DNA of 64,000 nucleotides from an uncultured delta proteobacterium (GTDB lineage Bacteria; Desulfobacterota; Binatia; UBA9968), in the NCBI GenBank assembly GCA_963771465.1, contig CAVYTU010000018.1, forward strand, positions 130,490 to 194,489, given 5' to 3'. The position numbers and the translations under genes are program-made. Each line of letters starts with the position of its first letter. Position 1 is the first letter of the stretch. The notes beneath the pieces are model-generated. The model searched no databases, was not told the DNA's origin, and saw only the letters and a list, made by a program, of their open reading frames with translations. This document shows positions 1 to 9,901 of this stretch, piece after piece.

Positions 1-442
1 TGCGGGTCAGCGCATTGTGGACATGAAGCAGATGTAGCGCCTTGGCGTCTCCATAAAGTGTCGTCATCAGCGTCGAATCTTTCAAATCCGTGAACATGAT
101 GGCGCGAAAACCGGAATCAATGGCAATCTCCCCTGTCTTTCCCGGTGACCCATCCATAGGCGGAGGATCTTTGATCCGCCCCAAAAACGCGTCCACCACC
201 GTGGGATCGACCTCAAGGACTTCATTGGGGACAGAGCCGTGAGCGTCGTTATGGGCTCGTTCAATAGTTTCTCGATTGGCCGCCTCGATGAGACAAAACG
301 CGGTAGAGCGCGTCTCATCAAACCAGTAGGTCAAAAACTTGACTTGATATTTATCCTGAAGCGCCAGATCCTTCTGGTGCGCATCTGCAATGGCATGTCG
401 AGTCGCACCTTCGATGTAATGGCGATCCATATAAACAGGCAT
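1..442 (-). CDS. DUF4242 (SCO4226-like nickel-binding) domain fused to class III adenylate/guanylate cyclase; runs off left edge
   Basis: Manual translation from ATG at 442 (GGAG RBS upstream): MPVYMDRHYIEGATRHAIADAHQKDLALQDKYQVKFLTYWFDETRSTAFCLIEAANRETIERAHNDAHG... then FRAIMFTDLKDSTLMTTLYGD (cyclase FxDxxxST motif). Not in the ORF track because it has no stop within the window. Confidence 0.85.
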   Translation of the reverse strand, partial: MPVYMDRHYIEGATRHAIADAHQKDLALQDKYQVKFLTYWFDETRSTAFCLIEAANRETIERAHNDAHGSVPNEVLEVDPTVVDAFLGRIKDPPPMDGSPGKTGEIAIDSGFRAIMFTDLKDSTLMTTLYGDAKALHLLHVHNALTR

Positions 443-465
443 GTTTCATCTCCATTCGCTCAAGG

Positions 466-765
466 TCACGCCGCTATTCGAGCTGGCAACTGTTGAGCCA
501 GTTGGTCAATCATCGCCGTGTCCGAGCCGACTAGAAACTGCAAGCTGTTGCCGATCAACGCCGGCACTGCACGGGCTCCGCCGCTCACGAGTATGGGTTC
601 GACATCGAAGCCGTACTTGCGCCACAGACCTTTATCAGCTGTGACCCAGGCCGGCGTCGAGCCAGGGGCGATGGCAGGGTAGGCGACGCGCAGTTTCTCG
701 GCAGCCTGTGCCGAACTGACGACGATAGCACAGGCGACAACGGCGATGAATGTGAGGATGCTCAT
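466..765 (-). pseudogene. Truncated NMT1/SsuA-like ABC substrate-binding protein (N-terminal ~85 aa only)
   Basis: Signal peptide plus EKLRVAYPAIAPGSTPAWVTADKGLWRKYGFDVE matches the N-terminus of paralogs in this window, but the ORF ends at 99 aa versus ~330 aa. Confidence 0.7.
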
Positions 766-781
766 AAAGGAAAGATGTTAC

Positions 782-864
782 TCACCACGAAGGTCACAAA
801 GGACACGAAGGGGTTCGGACGTAATATCTCTTAACCTTCGTGCTCTTTGTGACCTTCGTCGTGA
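782..864. repeat. 30-bp imperfect inverted repeat built from 9-nt periodic CACGAAG-like units
   Basis: TCACCACGAAGGTCACAAAGGACACGAAGG (782-811) vs CCTTCGTGCTCTTTGTGACCTTCGTCGTGA (835-864), 27/30 complementary. Confidence 0.85.
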
Positions 865-906
865 AATGTATTTCTCCAGTATGGTTACCAATTCACAACA
901 TGAACT

Positions 907-1908
907 TTACTGGCGAAAGATTTCGCGGAACTCTTTTTGATATTTGTTGTATTGCTCGCCGAGCTCGGGCGCGATCGGGAAGAGTTTCAAATTTTTCGCC
1001 TGCATCTTGGTATCGATGCCGGGACGAGACGGCGTGCGGCCGATCGCCAACACGAGCTGTTGCCCTTCTTTGGACAGGACGAAATCGATGAACAGTTTTG
1101 CCGCATTGGGATGTTGAGCTTTCGCGCCAACCGCGATGGGATGCAACGACGCCGTGATCGGGTCGAGGGTGGTGACCCATTCCACCGGCGCGCCTTGTTC
1201 TTTCATTTTTTCGATGCGATGGGCCAATGCCACGCCCAGATGAAATTCACCGGCCGCCAGCAGCTGCGCGATCAGAGACTGGCCATTGCGAAATTGGATA
1301 TCCTGTTTAGCCAGCGCTCTCATGTAACGTTGCGCTCGTTCCCGGCCCCAAGCGACGGATATGGCGGCGTACCACGAGTACATCTCGTCATCCATGGAAA
1401 TCTTGCTCTTCCAGCGCGGATCGAGCAGGTCCTCCCAGCTCTTCGGCGCCTGCTCCTTGGATACCAGCTTGGTGTTGTAAGCGAGGATGTTGTAGGCGTC
1501 GAAGTAGTCGACCCAATATCCCTTGGTATCTTTGAAGCCGGCCGGGTAGGCGGCGGCTTCGGGAGACACGTAGGGCTGGAGAAAACCACCGCTGATCAAC
1601 TGCTGCGTTTCCACCCCTCGCACCGCCACTAGATCGAAGAAAATCTTGCCGACACGGCTTTCATTGAGAATACGGTTGTAAAGCCGGGCCGAGCCGGCGT
1701 TGAAATATTCGGTCTTGATAAATGGATAGCGCTTGTTGAAAGCGGCGAAGAGACGGGTGATGTCCTCCACGCTAGTCGAGGTGTACCAAACCAGCGCGCC
1801 TTCCTTTTTCGCGCCCTCGATGAGTTTGGCAGTGTGGCCGTCCTGGCCGCGAACGAGCGCCGGTAAGCCAATCTGAACGATCAGAATCAAAATCAAAATG
1901 AAATGCAT
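907..1908 (-). CDS. ABC transporter extracellular solute-binding protein (iron/thiamine-type, SBP_bac_6/8-like)
   Basis: Signal peptide, AKKEGALVWYTS, YNTKLV..PKSWEDLLDPRWK, HPNAAKLFIDFVLS motifs. Confidence 0.9.
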   Translation of the reverse strand: MHFILILILIVQIGLPALVRGQDGHTAKLIEGAKKEGALVWYTSTSVEDITRLFAAFNKRYPFIKTEYFNAGSARLYNRILNESRVGKIFFDLVAVRGVETQQLISGGFLQPYVSPEAAAYPAGFKDTKGYWVDYFDAYNILAYNTKLVSKEQAPKSWEDLLDPRWKSKISMDDEMYSWYAAISVAWGRERAQRYMRALAKQDIQFRNGQSLIAQLLAAGEFHLGVALAHRIEKMKEQGAPVEWVTTLDPITASLHPIAVGAKAQHPNAAKLFIDFVLSKEGQQLVLAIGRTPSRPGIDTKMQAKNLKLFPIAPELGEQYNKYQKEFREIFRQ

Positions 1909-2700
1909 CTAGAACCACCTTTCTGTTAAAAAATGATTGATGTTTCTCTCTACCATGCGGCTCTTGCCGAGAGCGGCGTAGGCGCCGCTCTGCATATGTT
2001 GTGCGACTTCAGACTCACTCTTGCGGTCGAATTTGAGCTCTTCAAGATGACCGTGAAAATCTTCGAGATAGTCGTGCGTCCTTTTAAAGTATGCCATGCC
2101 GCTTTGCTCGCCCTCGACAGTCGGTCCATGGCCCGGCACCAGATGTTTGTAATGGGTTTCGAACAGTGCGGTGTAGAGTAAATCCCCGGCGATGAAAACT
2201 TCTTCTTCTTCGAAGTAAATCGTGGTGTCGCCCTTGCTGTGGCTGTGGCCGTTCTCAGCGCGGTATTGCAAATGCAGCGTCACCCTCGGCAGTTTGACTT
2301 GGGTCGTTTCATTGAACACGACGTCGGGCAGGGTTAGACGAAGACCGGGAAAGCGCTCATACAGCTCCGGCACCGGCTTAAGCATACGCGTGAAATCCGC
2401 CGCGCCGTCATCCTTCATCGCTTGAACGCAGCCGGCGCTGGCGACAATCGGCACTCCGCGTTGCGCGAAGTAAAAGTTCGCCGAAGTGTGGTCGAAGTGT
2501 TCGTGGGTGTCGATCAAATAACTGACTTTGGCACAGCCGGTCAGGCGCAGCGCTGCTTCGACTTCGTCGATACGGCGGATGTCGGCGTCGATGAGCGCAG
2601 CGCTACTGTCGCGCGCCTTGATAATGGCGAAGTGGGTCGCGCCTTCCGGCCCGATAACGACGTAGGCCGAACCGCTAAGCTGGCGAATCGTCGAGTCCAT
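1909..2700 (-). CDS. MBL-fold metallo-hydrolase
   Basis: THEHFDH motif, HS.GD, GDLL and VPGHG motifs. Confidence 0.85.
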   Translation of the reverse strand: MDSTIRQLSGSAYVVIGPEGATHFAIIKARDSSAALIDADIRRIDEVEAALRLTGCAKVSYLIDTHEHFDHTSANFYFAQRGVPIVASAGCVQAMKDDGAADFTRMLKPVPELYERFPGLRLTLPDVVFNETTQVKLPRVTLHLQYRAENGHSHSKGDTTIYFEEEEVFIAGDLLYTALFETHYKHLVPGHGPTVEGEQSGMAYFKRTHDYLEDFHGHLEELKFDRKSESEVAQHMQSGAYAALGKSRMVERNINHFLTERWF

Positions 2701-2830
2701 TGGCCATTGGGATAACCGATCGCGGCTGTTGTTGCAAGATAGTTTGAATACGACAATCGATGCGGTTGACCGGTCTCGGCAGCGGTGTTATTCGCCTAGA
2801 AAATAACGAAGCCGCTGAAAGGATTCCAAC

Positions 2831-3607
2831 ATGAACAAGCAAGGGAGGTTCACAATATTAGAAAGCCGCGGCGCCGTAGCGCTGCTTACGATCAACCGGC
2901 CGGAGAAGCGCAATGCGCTCAGCCGCGATGCGATTCGTGAGATTCTCGCGGTCTTCGAGGAGCTGCGTAACAATGACGAGATCGCCGTCGTGCTGACCAC
3001 CGGCGCAGGAAATGTGGCTTACTGCGCCGGGCGCGATCTTTCGGAGTTTCCCACCGAGGGCGGACAGAATCGCGGCACGGATCGGCGCAAAGAGCCGCGC
3101 GCTTACCACGTCGCCGAAGTTATTCGGACATTCCCCAAAGTCACCATCGCGGTGGTGAACGGTTTCTGTCTCGGTGCAGGAATTACTTTGTTGTTGCCGC
3201 ATGATCTGGCCATCGCTTCGGACAAAGCGATCTTCGGCTTGCCGGAGATCATGCGCGGATTCCTGCCATACCCGATCATCGCGACGATGTTTAAGACGTT
3301 GATTCCGACCAAGCTGGCTTTCGAACTGATCCTCACCGGCCAAAACTGGGACGCAAAAAAGTCGCTGGACGCTGGCTTGATTAACCGCGTCGTGCCGCAC
3401 GATCGGTTGCCAACCGAAGCGTGGAAGTGGGGCGAGGAGATCGGCAAGTTCGATAAGACGACGCTGAAATACTGCAAGATGGCGGCGCACGCGTCGATGG
3501 AAGCGGCGAGCGTGCCCATGGCGGCGGAGATCGCCTGGCTGATGCAAGAAGAGCACGCGCTGGTCAATCCGCACGCGTATGCGGGGACGAGGGAGTTTCA
3601 TAAGTAG
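2831..3607 (+). CDS. Enoyl-CoA hydratase/isomerase family protein
   Basis: INRPEKRNAL, YCAGRDL, IAVVNGFCLGAG, FGLPE crotonase motifs. Confidence 0.92.
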   Translation: MNKQGRFTILESRGAVALLTINRPEKRNALSRDAIREILAVFEELRNNDEIAVVLTTGAGNVAYCAGRDLSEFPTEGGQNRGTDRRKEPRAYHVAEVIRTFPKVTIAVVNGFCLGAGITLLLPHDLAIASDKAIFGLPEIMRGFLPYPIIATMFKTLIPTKLAFELILTGQNWDAKKSLDAGLINRVVPHDRLPTEAWKWGEEIGKFDKTTLKYCKMAAHASMEAASVPMAAEIAWLMQEEHALVNPHAYAGTREFHK

Positions 3608-3689
3608 GGTCTTGAACCAAAGAAGATAAGAGAATTGGCTGCAAAGAACGCAATGAATTAAGGCACGCGGAATTGAAAGAAGCGAAGAT

Positions 3690-4130
3690 TTGACCACCGA
3701 CCGGCTATCGGGGAGCGCGCTCGTCGTCTTCTCTCTGTTCGTGATCTGGGAGAGCCGTGTTCTGCCGCTCGGGACATTTCGCCAGCCGGGGCCGGCTTAT
3801 ATTCCGATCCTGCTCGCTTCGCTGCTGCTAATCTTCGGAATCTTCCTCGTAGCGACCGGCGGGCGCGCGCCGACGCTTTCTTCGATTCTTTGGTCCGAAT
3901 GGCGTCACGCCCTGGCGATTTTCGCGGCCTGTATCTTTGCGGCGCTTGGCATCGAGCGTCTTGGCTACCGTCTCACGGTCGTGCTCGTGCTTGGCTTCCT
4001 GCTCAAAGTTGTCGAGAGGCGCGGCTGGAGGGTGACCACAGGTCTTGCCTTGGGGCTAGCGTTCGGCTCGTTCTACCTGTTTCACACGCTCTTGCGGGTT
4101 CCTCTACCGTTGGGAGCGCTGGGGTTTTGA
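3690..4130 (+). CDS. tctB: Tripartite tricarboxylate transporter small subunit TctB
   Basis: Four hydrophobic helices, PGPAYIP and LRVPLP motifs, directly upstream of tctA. Confidence 0.88.
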   Translation: MTTDRLSGSALVVFSLFVIWESRVLPLGTFRQPGPAYIPILLASLLLIFGIFLVATGGRAPTLSSILWSEWRHALAIFAACIFAALGIERLGYRLTVVLVLGFLLKVVERRGWRVTTGLALGLAFGSFYLFHTLLRVPLPLGALGF

Positions 4131-4132
4131 CG

Positions 4133-4216
4133 GAAATGAAAAATTCAAAATTTAAACTAAAAAGTAAGGACTGACAGAGTGGATTTTTTACTTTTACATT
4201 TTTAATTTTTCATTTC
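4133..4216. repeat. AT-rich ~7-nt periodic inverted repeat between tctB and tctA
   Basis: GAAATGAAAAATTCAAAATTTAAA (4133-4156) vs TTTACATTTTTAATTTTTCATTTC (4193-4216), 22/24 complementary. Confidence 0.8.
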
Positions 4217-4220
4217 TTCC

Positions 4221-5744
4221 ATGGCCGAAACTCTGCAAAATCTCTATCTCGGATTTTCCGTCGCGCTTGCGCCGAATGTCTTGCTCTATGCTTTTGTCGG
4301 CTGCGTGATCGGCACTCTCGTGGGCGTTTTGCCGGGAGTGGGTCCGCTTGCCGGCATTAGCTTACTGCTGCCCGCATCGTTCGGTCTGGATGCAACTTCG
4401 GCTATCGTTCTGCTCGCGGGCATTTATTACGGCGCCATGTACGGCGGCTCGACGACCTCGATTCTGATGCGCATCCCTGGCGAGGCCGCCTCGGTCATGA
4501 CCTGCATCGACGGCTACGCGATGACGCGCAATGGCCGGGCGGGACCGGCATTGGCCATCGCTGCCGTCGGCTCCTATATCGCCGGGACGGTGAGCGTCGT
4601 CGCACTCATGTTGCTCGCGCCGCCGTTGGCGAGCTTCGCTCTGCGCTTCGGACCGCCGGAGTATTTCACACTGTTACTTTTGGGTCTGGTCGCGCTCGCC
4701 TATATGAGCGGCGGTTCCATGATCAAAGCTCTCGCGATGGCGGCGCTGGGACTGCTCTTAGGTATGATCGGCATCGATCCGATGACCGGTTTCTCGCGCT
4801 TCACTTACGGCCTAGTGGAATTGGGCGACGGCATCGGCGTGGTGCCGGTTGCGGTAGGGCTCTTCGGTCTTTCAGAAATTTTACTGACCGCGGGGCAGCC
4901 GACCGCGGTCGAGGTCAAAAAGCCGCGGCTGAGGGAACTCCTGCCGTCGCGCGATGAATGGAGCGCTTCGCTCTGGCCGATTGGCCGAGGGACGGTTCTG
5001 GGCTTTTCGATCGGTATCATTCCCGGCTCGGCCCACATCATCTCGTCATTTGTTTCCTACGCCGTCGAGCGGCGTCTCTCCGAGCATCCCGAGCGCTTTG
5101 GCCAGGGGGCCATCGAAGGTGTCGCCGGTCCCGAGTCGGCGAATAATGCGGCGACCTCTGGTGCGTTTGTTCCCATGCTTGCGCTGGGTGTGCCGTCTGG
5201 GCCGATACCGGCGGTGATGATCGCGGCGATGATGGTACATGGTGTCGCCCCCGGCCCGCTCTTGATCTCGCAGCAGCCGGAGATCTTTTGGGGTTTCATC
5301 GCCAGCATGTACGTGGGCAATGTGGTGCTGTTGATTTTGAATCTGCCGTTGGTCGGAATATTTGTCAATGTGCTGCGCATACCTTATCCGCTGCTTTATC
5401 CGGCGATCCTGATTTTTTGCGTTCTCGGCGTCTACGCAGTCAACGGCAGCGTTGTTGACGTCGGTATCATGACGGCGATGGGCGCCCTCGGCTACGGGCT
5501 ACGCAAGTTTGACTTCGAGACCGCGCCGGTAGTATTGGGGCTGGTGCTGGCGCCGATGATGGAGATGAGCTTTCGCCAGTCGTTGTCAATGTCATCGGGC
5601 AGCTACGCGATCTTTGTCACCCGGCCTATCGCTGTGGTGTTGCTGGCGGTCGGGGTGGCGCTCTTGTTATCGAGCATTATTTCGTTTGTCATGAAAAAGG
5701 CGGATTGGCGGCAACGATCCGGAATTGCCGCCGCCAAAGAGTAG
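4221..5744 (+). CDS. tctA: Tripartite tricarboxylate transporter permease TctA
   Basis: GVLPGVG, IYYGAMYGGSTTSIL..PG, GVAGPESANNA motifs. Confidence 0.95.
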   Translation: MAETLQNLYLGFSVALAPNVLLYAFVGCVIGTLVGVLPGVGPLAGISLLLPASFGLDATSAIVLLAGIYYGAMYGGSTTSILMRIPGEAASVMTCIDGYAMTRNGRAGPALAIAAVGSYIAGTVSVVALMLLAPPLASFALRFGPPEYFTLLLLGLVALAYMSGGSMIKALAMAALGLLLGMIGIDPMTGFSRFTYGLVELGDGIGVVPVAVGLFGLSEILLTAGQPTAVEVKKPRLRELLPSRDEWSASLWPIGRGTVLGFSIGIIPGSAHIISSFVSYAVERRLSEHPERFGQGAIEGVAGPESANNAATSGAFVPMLALGVPSGPIPAVMIAAMMVHGVAPGPLLISQQPEIFWGFIASMYVGNVVLLILNLPLVGIFVNVLRIPYPLLYPAILIFCVLGVYAVNGSVVDVGIMTAMGALGYGLRKFDFETAPVVLGLVLAPMMEMSFRQSLSMSSGSYAIFVTRPIAVVLLAVGVALLLSSIISFVMKKADWRQRSGIAAAKE

Positions 5745-5762
5745 ATGTTAAAACGGTAAAAC

Positions 5763-5822
5763 CGATGATGGAGAATCGAAGATTGAGGCTAGTGAACTTC
5801 GATTCTCGGTCCTCTATCTTCG
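5763..5822. repeat. 7-nt periodic inverted repeat between tctA and tctC
   Basis: GAGAATCGAAG (5771-5781) pairs perfectly with CTTCGATTCTC (5797-5807) inside GAAGATC-like heptamer runs. Confidence 0.7.
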
Positions 5823-5839
5823 CATCTCGGAGGTGAAGT

Positions 5840-6862
5840 ATGACGGCCATTTTTAGTCGAGACCGGATCTGTTTATGCCGGCGCAGTGTTTTCCCGGTAC
5901 TAGTCATTTTGCTATTCGGCCTTCTAGCGGACTCGGTGGCGCAGGAGAAATATCCCGACCGTCCGATTACGATCGTTGCGCCATTTCCGCCCGGCGGCGT
6001 CGCCGATCTCATGGCCCGTCCGGTTGCGGCGGCGTTGGAGAAGGTGCTGAAAAATCCGGTGGTGGTCGCCAATAAAGTCGGCGCGGCGGGCGCCGTGGGA
6101 ATGTCTTTCGTCGCCAACAGCAAGCCTGACGGTTATAACTTGCTGATGGCGTTATCCAGCATCTCGATCATTCCAGAGGCGGACAAACTCTTCGACCGCA
6201 AGCCCGCCTACACCATGGACCAGCTCATTCCCATCGCTCTAATTTCCGCAGACCCGACGATCTTCGTCGTTAGCGCCGATCGGCCGTGGAAAAGCGTCAA
6301 GGAGTTTGTCGATGACGCCAAGAAACGTCCGGGACAGATTTCATTTTCGTCCTCCGGTGTGTACGGGACCTTGCACATGGCGATGGAGATGCTTTCGCAC
6401 GGCGCAGGTATCAACCTGAAGCATGTGCCATATTCCGGTGCCGGGCCGGCGCTCACGGCGATTCTCGGTGGTCACGTCGATACGCTTGCATCCGGACCGG
6501 CAGTTGTGATCCCGCATATCAAAGCCGGCAAACTGCGGCCTCTTGCCGGTTGGGGCGCCAAACGGGTCGCGTCCCTGCCGGAGGTGGCCACCTTCAAAGA
6601 GCTGGGATACGACATCGAGTTTTATATCTGGGCCGGACTGTTCGCGCCGCGCGGGACACCGGAGGTGGTTATGAAAAGTATCCGCGAGTCGGTGCGCCAG
6701 GCGGTGAACACTACCGAGTTCAAAACCGCCATGGAAAAGCTTCAGACCCCGATCGCCTATCTCGACGCGCCCGAGTTCCAAAAATTCTGGGACAAGGACG
6801 CCAAGATGCTCGCCGACGCGATCAAACGCGTGGGGCGACTGGAGATACCTGAAGCGAAGTAG
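5840..6862 (+). CDS. tctC: Tripartite tricarboxylate transporter substrate-binding protein (Bug/TctC)
   Basis: YPDRPITIVAPFPPGG..D..AR, KPDGYNL, HVPYSGAGPAL motifs. Confidence 0.93.
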   Translation: MTAIFSRDRICLCRRSVFPVLVILLFGLLADSVAQEKYPDRPITIVAPFPPGGVADLMARPVAAALEKVLKNPVVVANKVGAAGAVGMSFVANSKPDGYNLLMALSSISIIPEADKLFDRKPAYTMDQLIPIALISADPTIFVVSADRPWKSVKEFVDDAKKRPGQISFSSSGVYGTLHMAMEMLSHGAGINLKHVPYSGAGPALTAILGGHVDTLASGPAVVIPHIKAGKLRPLAGWGAKRVASLPEVATFKELGYDIEFYIWAGLFAPRGTPEVVMKSIRESVRQAVNTTEFKTAMEKLQTPIAYLDAPEFQKFWDKDAKMLADAIKRVGRLEIPEAK

Positions 6863-6962
6863 GTTTAGAGTCTTAGGTTTCGGGTTTCGTGTTGTAACCG
6901 ACAGGTCGCAGAGTTGAACATTGAAGGCCGGGAGCGAGTCGTCTCTTTGCCGATTGCCTTGA

Positions 6963-7079
6963 CCGGCGCGCGATGTGATCGAGGAAATGGAGATGATGAG
7001 CGACGAGGCGACGTCCTATATCAATCGCCAGAATGCGATCGTTCAGCGCGACTTTGAGATGACTGCGGGGATATCATGA
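6963..7079 (+). pseudogene. Possible C-terminal remnant of a nitronate monooxygenase-like gene
   Basis: Reads PARDVIEEMEMMSDEATSYINRQNAIVQRDFEMTAGIS*, resembling the PA.E++EE+..EA terminal helix of NMO proteins. No start or upstream body is present. Confidence 0.3.
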
Positions 7080-7146
7080 CATCGGGAGCGAGCAGATCGT
7101 ATCCACAGAGACTGATGATGGCCACGTTCACGGAGGGAAAGAGACA

Positions 7147-7623
7147 ATGGCACTGCAAATACGACGGGTAGTCACCGGGCATGATGTGAACGGACGGGCG
7201 GTCGTCAAGATCGACGAGATCTCCAAAAATCTCGTCTCGAGCCGGCCGAGGCAGTCAGCTTGTGTGGTCTGGACGACGGAATCTTTTCCAGTCGACAACA
7301 CCGGTGACATCGACGATGGACTTCGGCAGGTCGGCACGACGTTCAAAAACGGCACAGTTTTTCGTGTTGTCGAGTTTGGTCCCGGGGTGGCGCCGCGCAA
7401 CCACCGGACGGATTCCGTCGATTATGCCGTCGTGATGTCGGGCGAGATCGATATGGAGCTCGATGACACTGTCGTCCATTTGAAGGCCGGTGATGTGCTG
7501 GTGCAGCGCGGCACGATTCATAACTGGGTCAATCGCGGCAGCGAGCCTTGCGTGATGGCCTTCGTTTTGATCGACGCCAGGCCAGTCGAAGTCGGCGGCA
7601 AGATGCTCCGTGCGGAAGGCTAA
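7147..7623 (+). CDS. Cupin domain protein
   Basis: RRVVTGHD..G, HRTDSVDY, GDVLVQRGTIHNW motifs. Confidence 0.9.
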   Translation: MALQIRRVVTGHDVNGRAVVKIDEISKNLVSSRPRQSACVVWTTESFPVDNTGDIDDGLRQVGTTFKNGTVFRVVEFGPGVAPRNHRTDSVDYAVVMSGEIDMELDDTVVHLKAGDVLVQRGTIHNWVNRGSEPCVMAFVLIDARPVEVGGKMLRAEG

Positions 7624-7627
7624 TCGG

Positions 7628-7662
7628 CAGTCGGAGGTCAGAAGTCAGAAGTCGGACGTCTG
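7628..7662 (+). repeat. Heptamer tandem repeat (nnGTCrG x5)
   Basis: CAGTCGG AGGTCAG AAGTCAG AAGTCGG ACGTCTG between the cupin and SBP genes. Confidence 0.65.
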
Positions 7663-7664
7663 AA

Positions 7665-8655
7665 ATGGGAATTGCGATGTTACTTGCTCGATTTGTTGCG
7701 TTGAGCGCAATTCTCTTTGCATCGCCGCTGTTTGCGGCGAGCAAGGCGCCGACGCAACTCCGCGTCGCTTACAGTTCGATCTCCGGCTCGGCGGTGATTC
7801 CGTGGATCGCGGTCGATAAGGGAATCTTCGCCAAATACGATCTCGATGTGGAGTTGATTTATGTCGCCGGCTCGCCGGCGATGCAGTCGTTGCTAGGTGG
7901 GACGACGCAGCTCGGCATTCAAGGCATCGAGCCGGTCATGCGCGTCAATGCGCAGGGTAGCGACGCGGTGATGATCGTCGGTCTGGTGACTAAGCCGCCG
8001 TTCTCGATTATCGTGCGCCCGGAAATTCGCGAGCCTAAGGATCTCAAGGGTCGGGTCACTCGTTTTGGTTCGGCCACCGATGCGCTGCTGCGTCTTGCCC
8101 TCGATAAATGGGGCTCAGGCCGGAAACCGACGTGCCGATTATTCAGATGGGCGGCGTGCCGCCGATTCTTTCCGGCATGCAGAGCAAGAAGATTTTCGGC
8201 GGGCCGATTTCGCTGCCGACCTTGGCGGTGGCCAAGCAGGAAGGCTTTCGTGAGTTGGTCGACCTGGCCGATGTCATTCCGGACTATCAGTCAGCGGGAG
8301 TAGTGACACGGAAATTGTTTCTGCGCCAAAATCCGGAAGTGGCGCGCAACTTTGTCCGCGCGATCGGCGAGGCGATTGCGGTTTTCAAAAACGACCTGGC
8401 GTATTCAAAGAAGATCATTAAAGACCGGCTGAAAATCGACGACGCGCTGATCCAAGCAGAAACCCAGCGCACCTATCTGAACTACGTCCCGAGGGTTCCT
8501 TATCCCAACGGGCCGGCATCGCGCTGATCAAATCGTTTTTGGAAAAAAGCGAGCTGCAGCTGCGGCCGCTCTCCGTCGACGATCAGATCGATGGCTCGAT
8601 TTTACGCGGATTGGAGCAGAGCGGTTTTTTCAGTGCTTTGTATTCGACCAAGTAG
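7665..8655 (+). pseudogene. NMT1/SsuA-like ABC substrate-binding protein, frameshifted (pseudogene or assembly indels)
   Basis: Continuous SBP sequence spread over three frames: signal peptide/LRVAYSSISG to ~8115, GLRPETDVPIIQMGG to ~8510, then GIALIKSFLEK...SGFFSALYSTK* ending at 8655. Confidence 0.8.
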
Positions 8656-8764
8656 CTTTACGCGAATTCAGACATGCTCTCGATTCGAAGCTATAGGTGG
8701 GGCGATAGGAACCTGTAGTTGCGCATGTTCGACCGCCAAATATCAAACTTGAGAGGCAATTGGC

Positions 8765-9796
8765 ATGAAGAGAAGTTTGTTACTTCTATTATCGCTCAGC
8801 TTAATCGCGGTTGCGCCGGTTGCGGCCCAGACACCATTTTACCAGGGCAAGACCGTGCAGATTCGCGTTGGCTTTGCCGCGGGCGGAGCGTTTGATTTGT
8901 GGGCGCGGCTGATTGCTCAACATTGGGGGAAATATGTGCCGGGCAATCCGACGTTTGTCGTGCAGAACATGACCGGCGGCGGTTCGATGATCGCGGCAAA
9001 TTATGTGTATGGCGTGGCCAAGCCCGATGGCTTGACCCTCGGTGTCGTCAGTCCGGCGATGTATATCGAGCAGGTGACGGGGAAGAAGGAAGTTCAGTAC
9101 GATTGGTTCAAGTTCAGTTTCATCGGCTCGCCGGACAAGACCGAACGGATTTTCTATATGCGCGCCGACACCGGGATCAAAACTTTGGAGGATATGCGCA
9201 CGGTGGCGGAAACGCCCAGGTGCGGTTCCACCGGCATCGGCACCGCGGCGTATTATTTCCCGCGCTTGCTGCAAGATACCTTCGGACTCAAGCTCATGAT
9301 CGTGCCGGGTTATCCAGGCGCGGCCGATGTGAACCTTGCCATCGAGAAGGGCGAAGTTCACTGCTTTAGCGGCACCGTTCAAGCGTACTTCGGCAGCGAG
9401 CCGCTGCGCACGTGGGCAAAGAGCGGGTTCGCGCGTGTGCTCGTGCAGGGCGGTGTGAAGCGCGATCCGCGCATGGCGAGCGTGCCGACGTTGTGGGAGG
9501 TGATGGACAAAAATAAGAGCAGCGAGCTGCACCGCCGTCTGGCGAAGATTCTGCTCATCCCCGACGACATGGGCCGGCCATTATTCGGCCCGCCGGGCAT
9601 GCCTGCCGATCGAGTGAAGTTGCTGCGCGACGGATTTAACAAAATGATGAACGATCCGGAACTGCTCGCCGACGCGAAAAAGAAAGGTCTCGATGTCGCA
9701 CCCTTGAGCGGCGAAGATGTCGAAGCGCTGATCAAAGAGGCCGGCGTGCCGTCGCCGGATCTGATCCAGCGACTCAAGCCGCTGATGGAGAACTGA
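8765..9796 (+). CDS. Bug/TctC-like periplasmic substrate-binding protein
   Basis: PFYQGKTVQIRVGFAAGGAFD, PGNPTFVVQNMTGGGS, KPDGLTLG motifs. Confidence 0.9.
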   Translation: MKRSLLLLLSLSLIAVAPVAAQTPFYQGKTVQIRVGFAAGGAFDLWARLIAQHWGKYVPGNPTFVVQNMTGGGSMIAANYVYGVAKPDGLTLGVVSPAMYIEQVTGKKEVQYDWFKFSFIGSPDKTERIFYMRADTGIKTLEDMRTVAETPRCGSTGIGTAAYYFPRLLQDTFGLKLMIVPGYPGAADVNLAIEKGEVHCFSGTVQAYFGSEPLRTWAKSGFARVLVQGGVKRDPRMASVPTLWEVMDKNKSSELHRRLAKILLIPDDMGRPLFGPPGMPADRVKLLRDGFNKMMNDPELLADAKKKGLDVAPLSGEDVEALIKEAGVPSPDLIQRLKPLMEN

Positions 9797-9901
9797 TTGC
9801 CTCTACTCGCGTTCGCTTTCATTTAGGTCAAGGACTGCTTGTCTTGTCGGCGTGAATCAGTCTACTTTACCTTCCAGATACTCCGCCGCTAGATTTTATC
9901 T

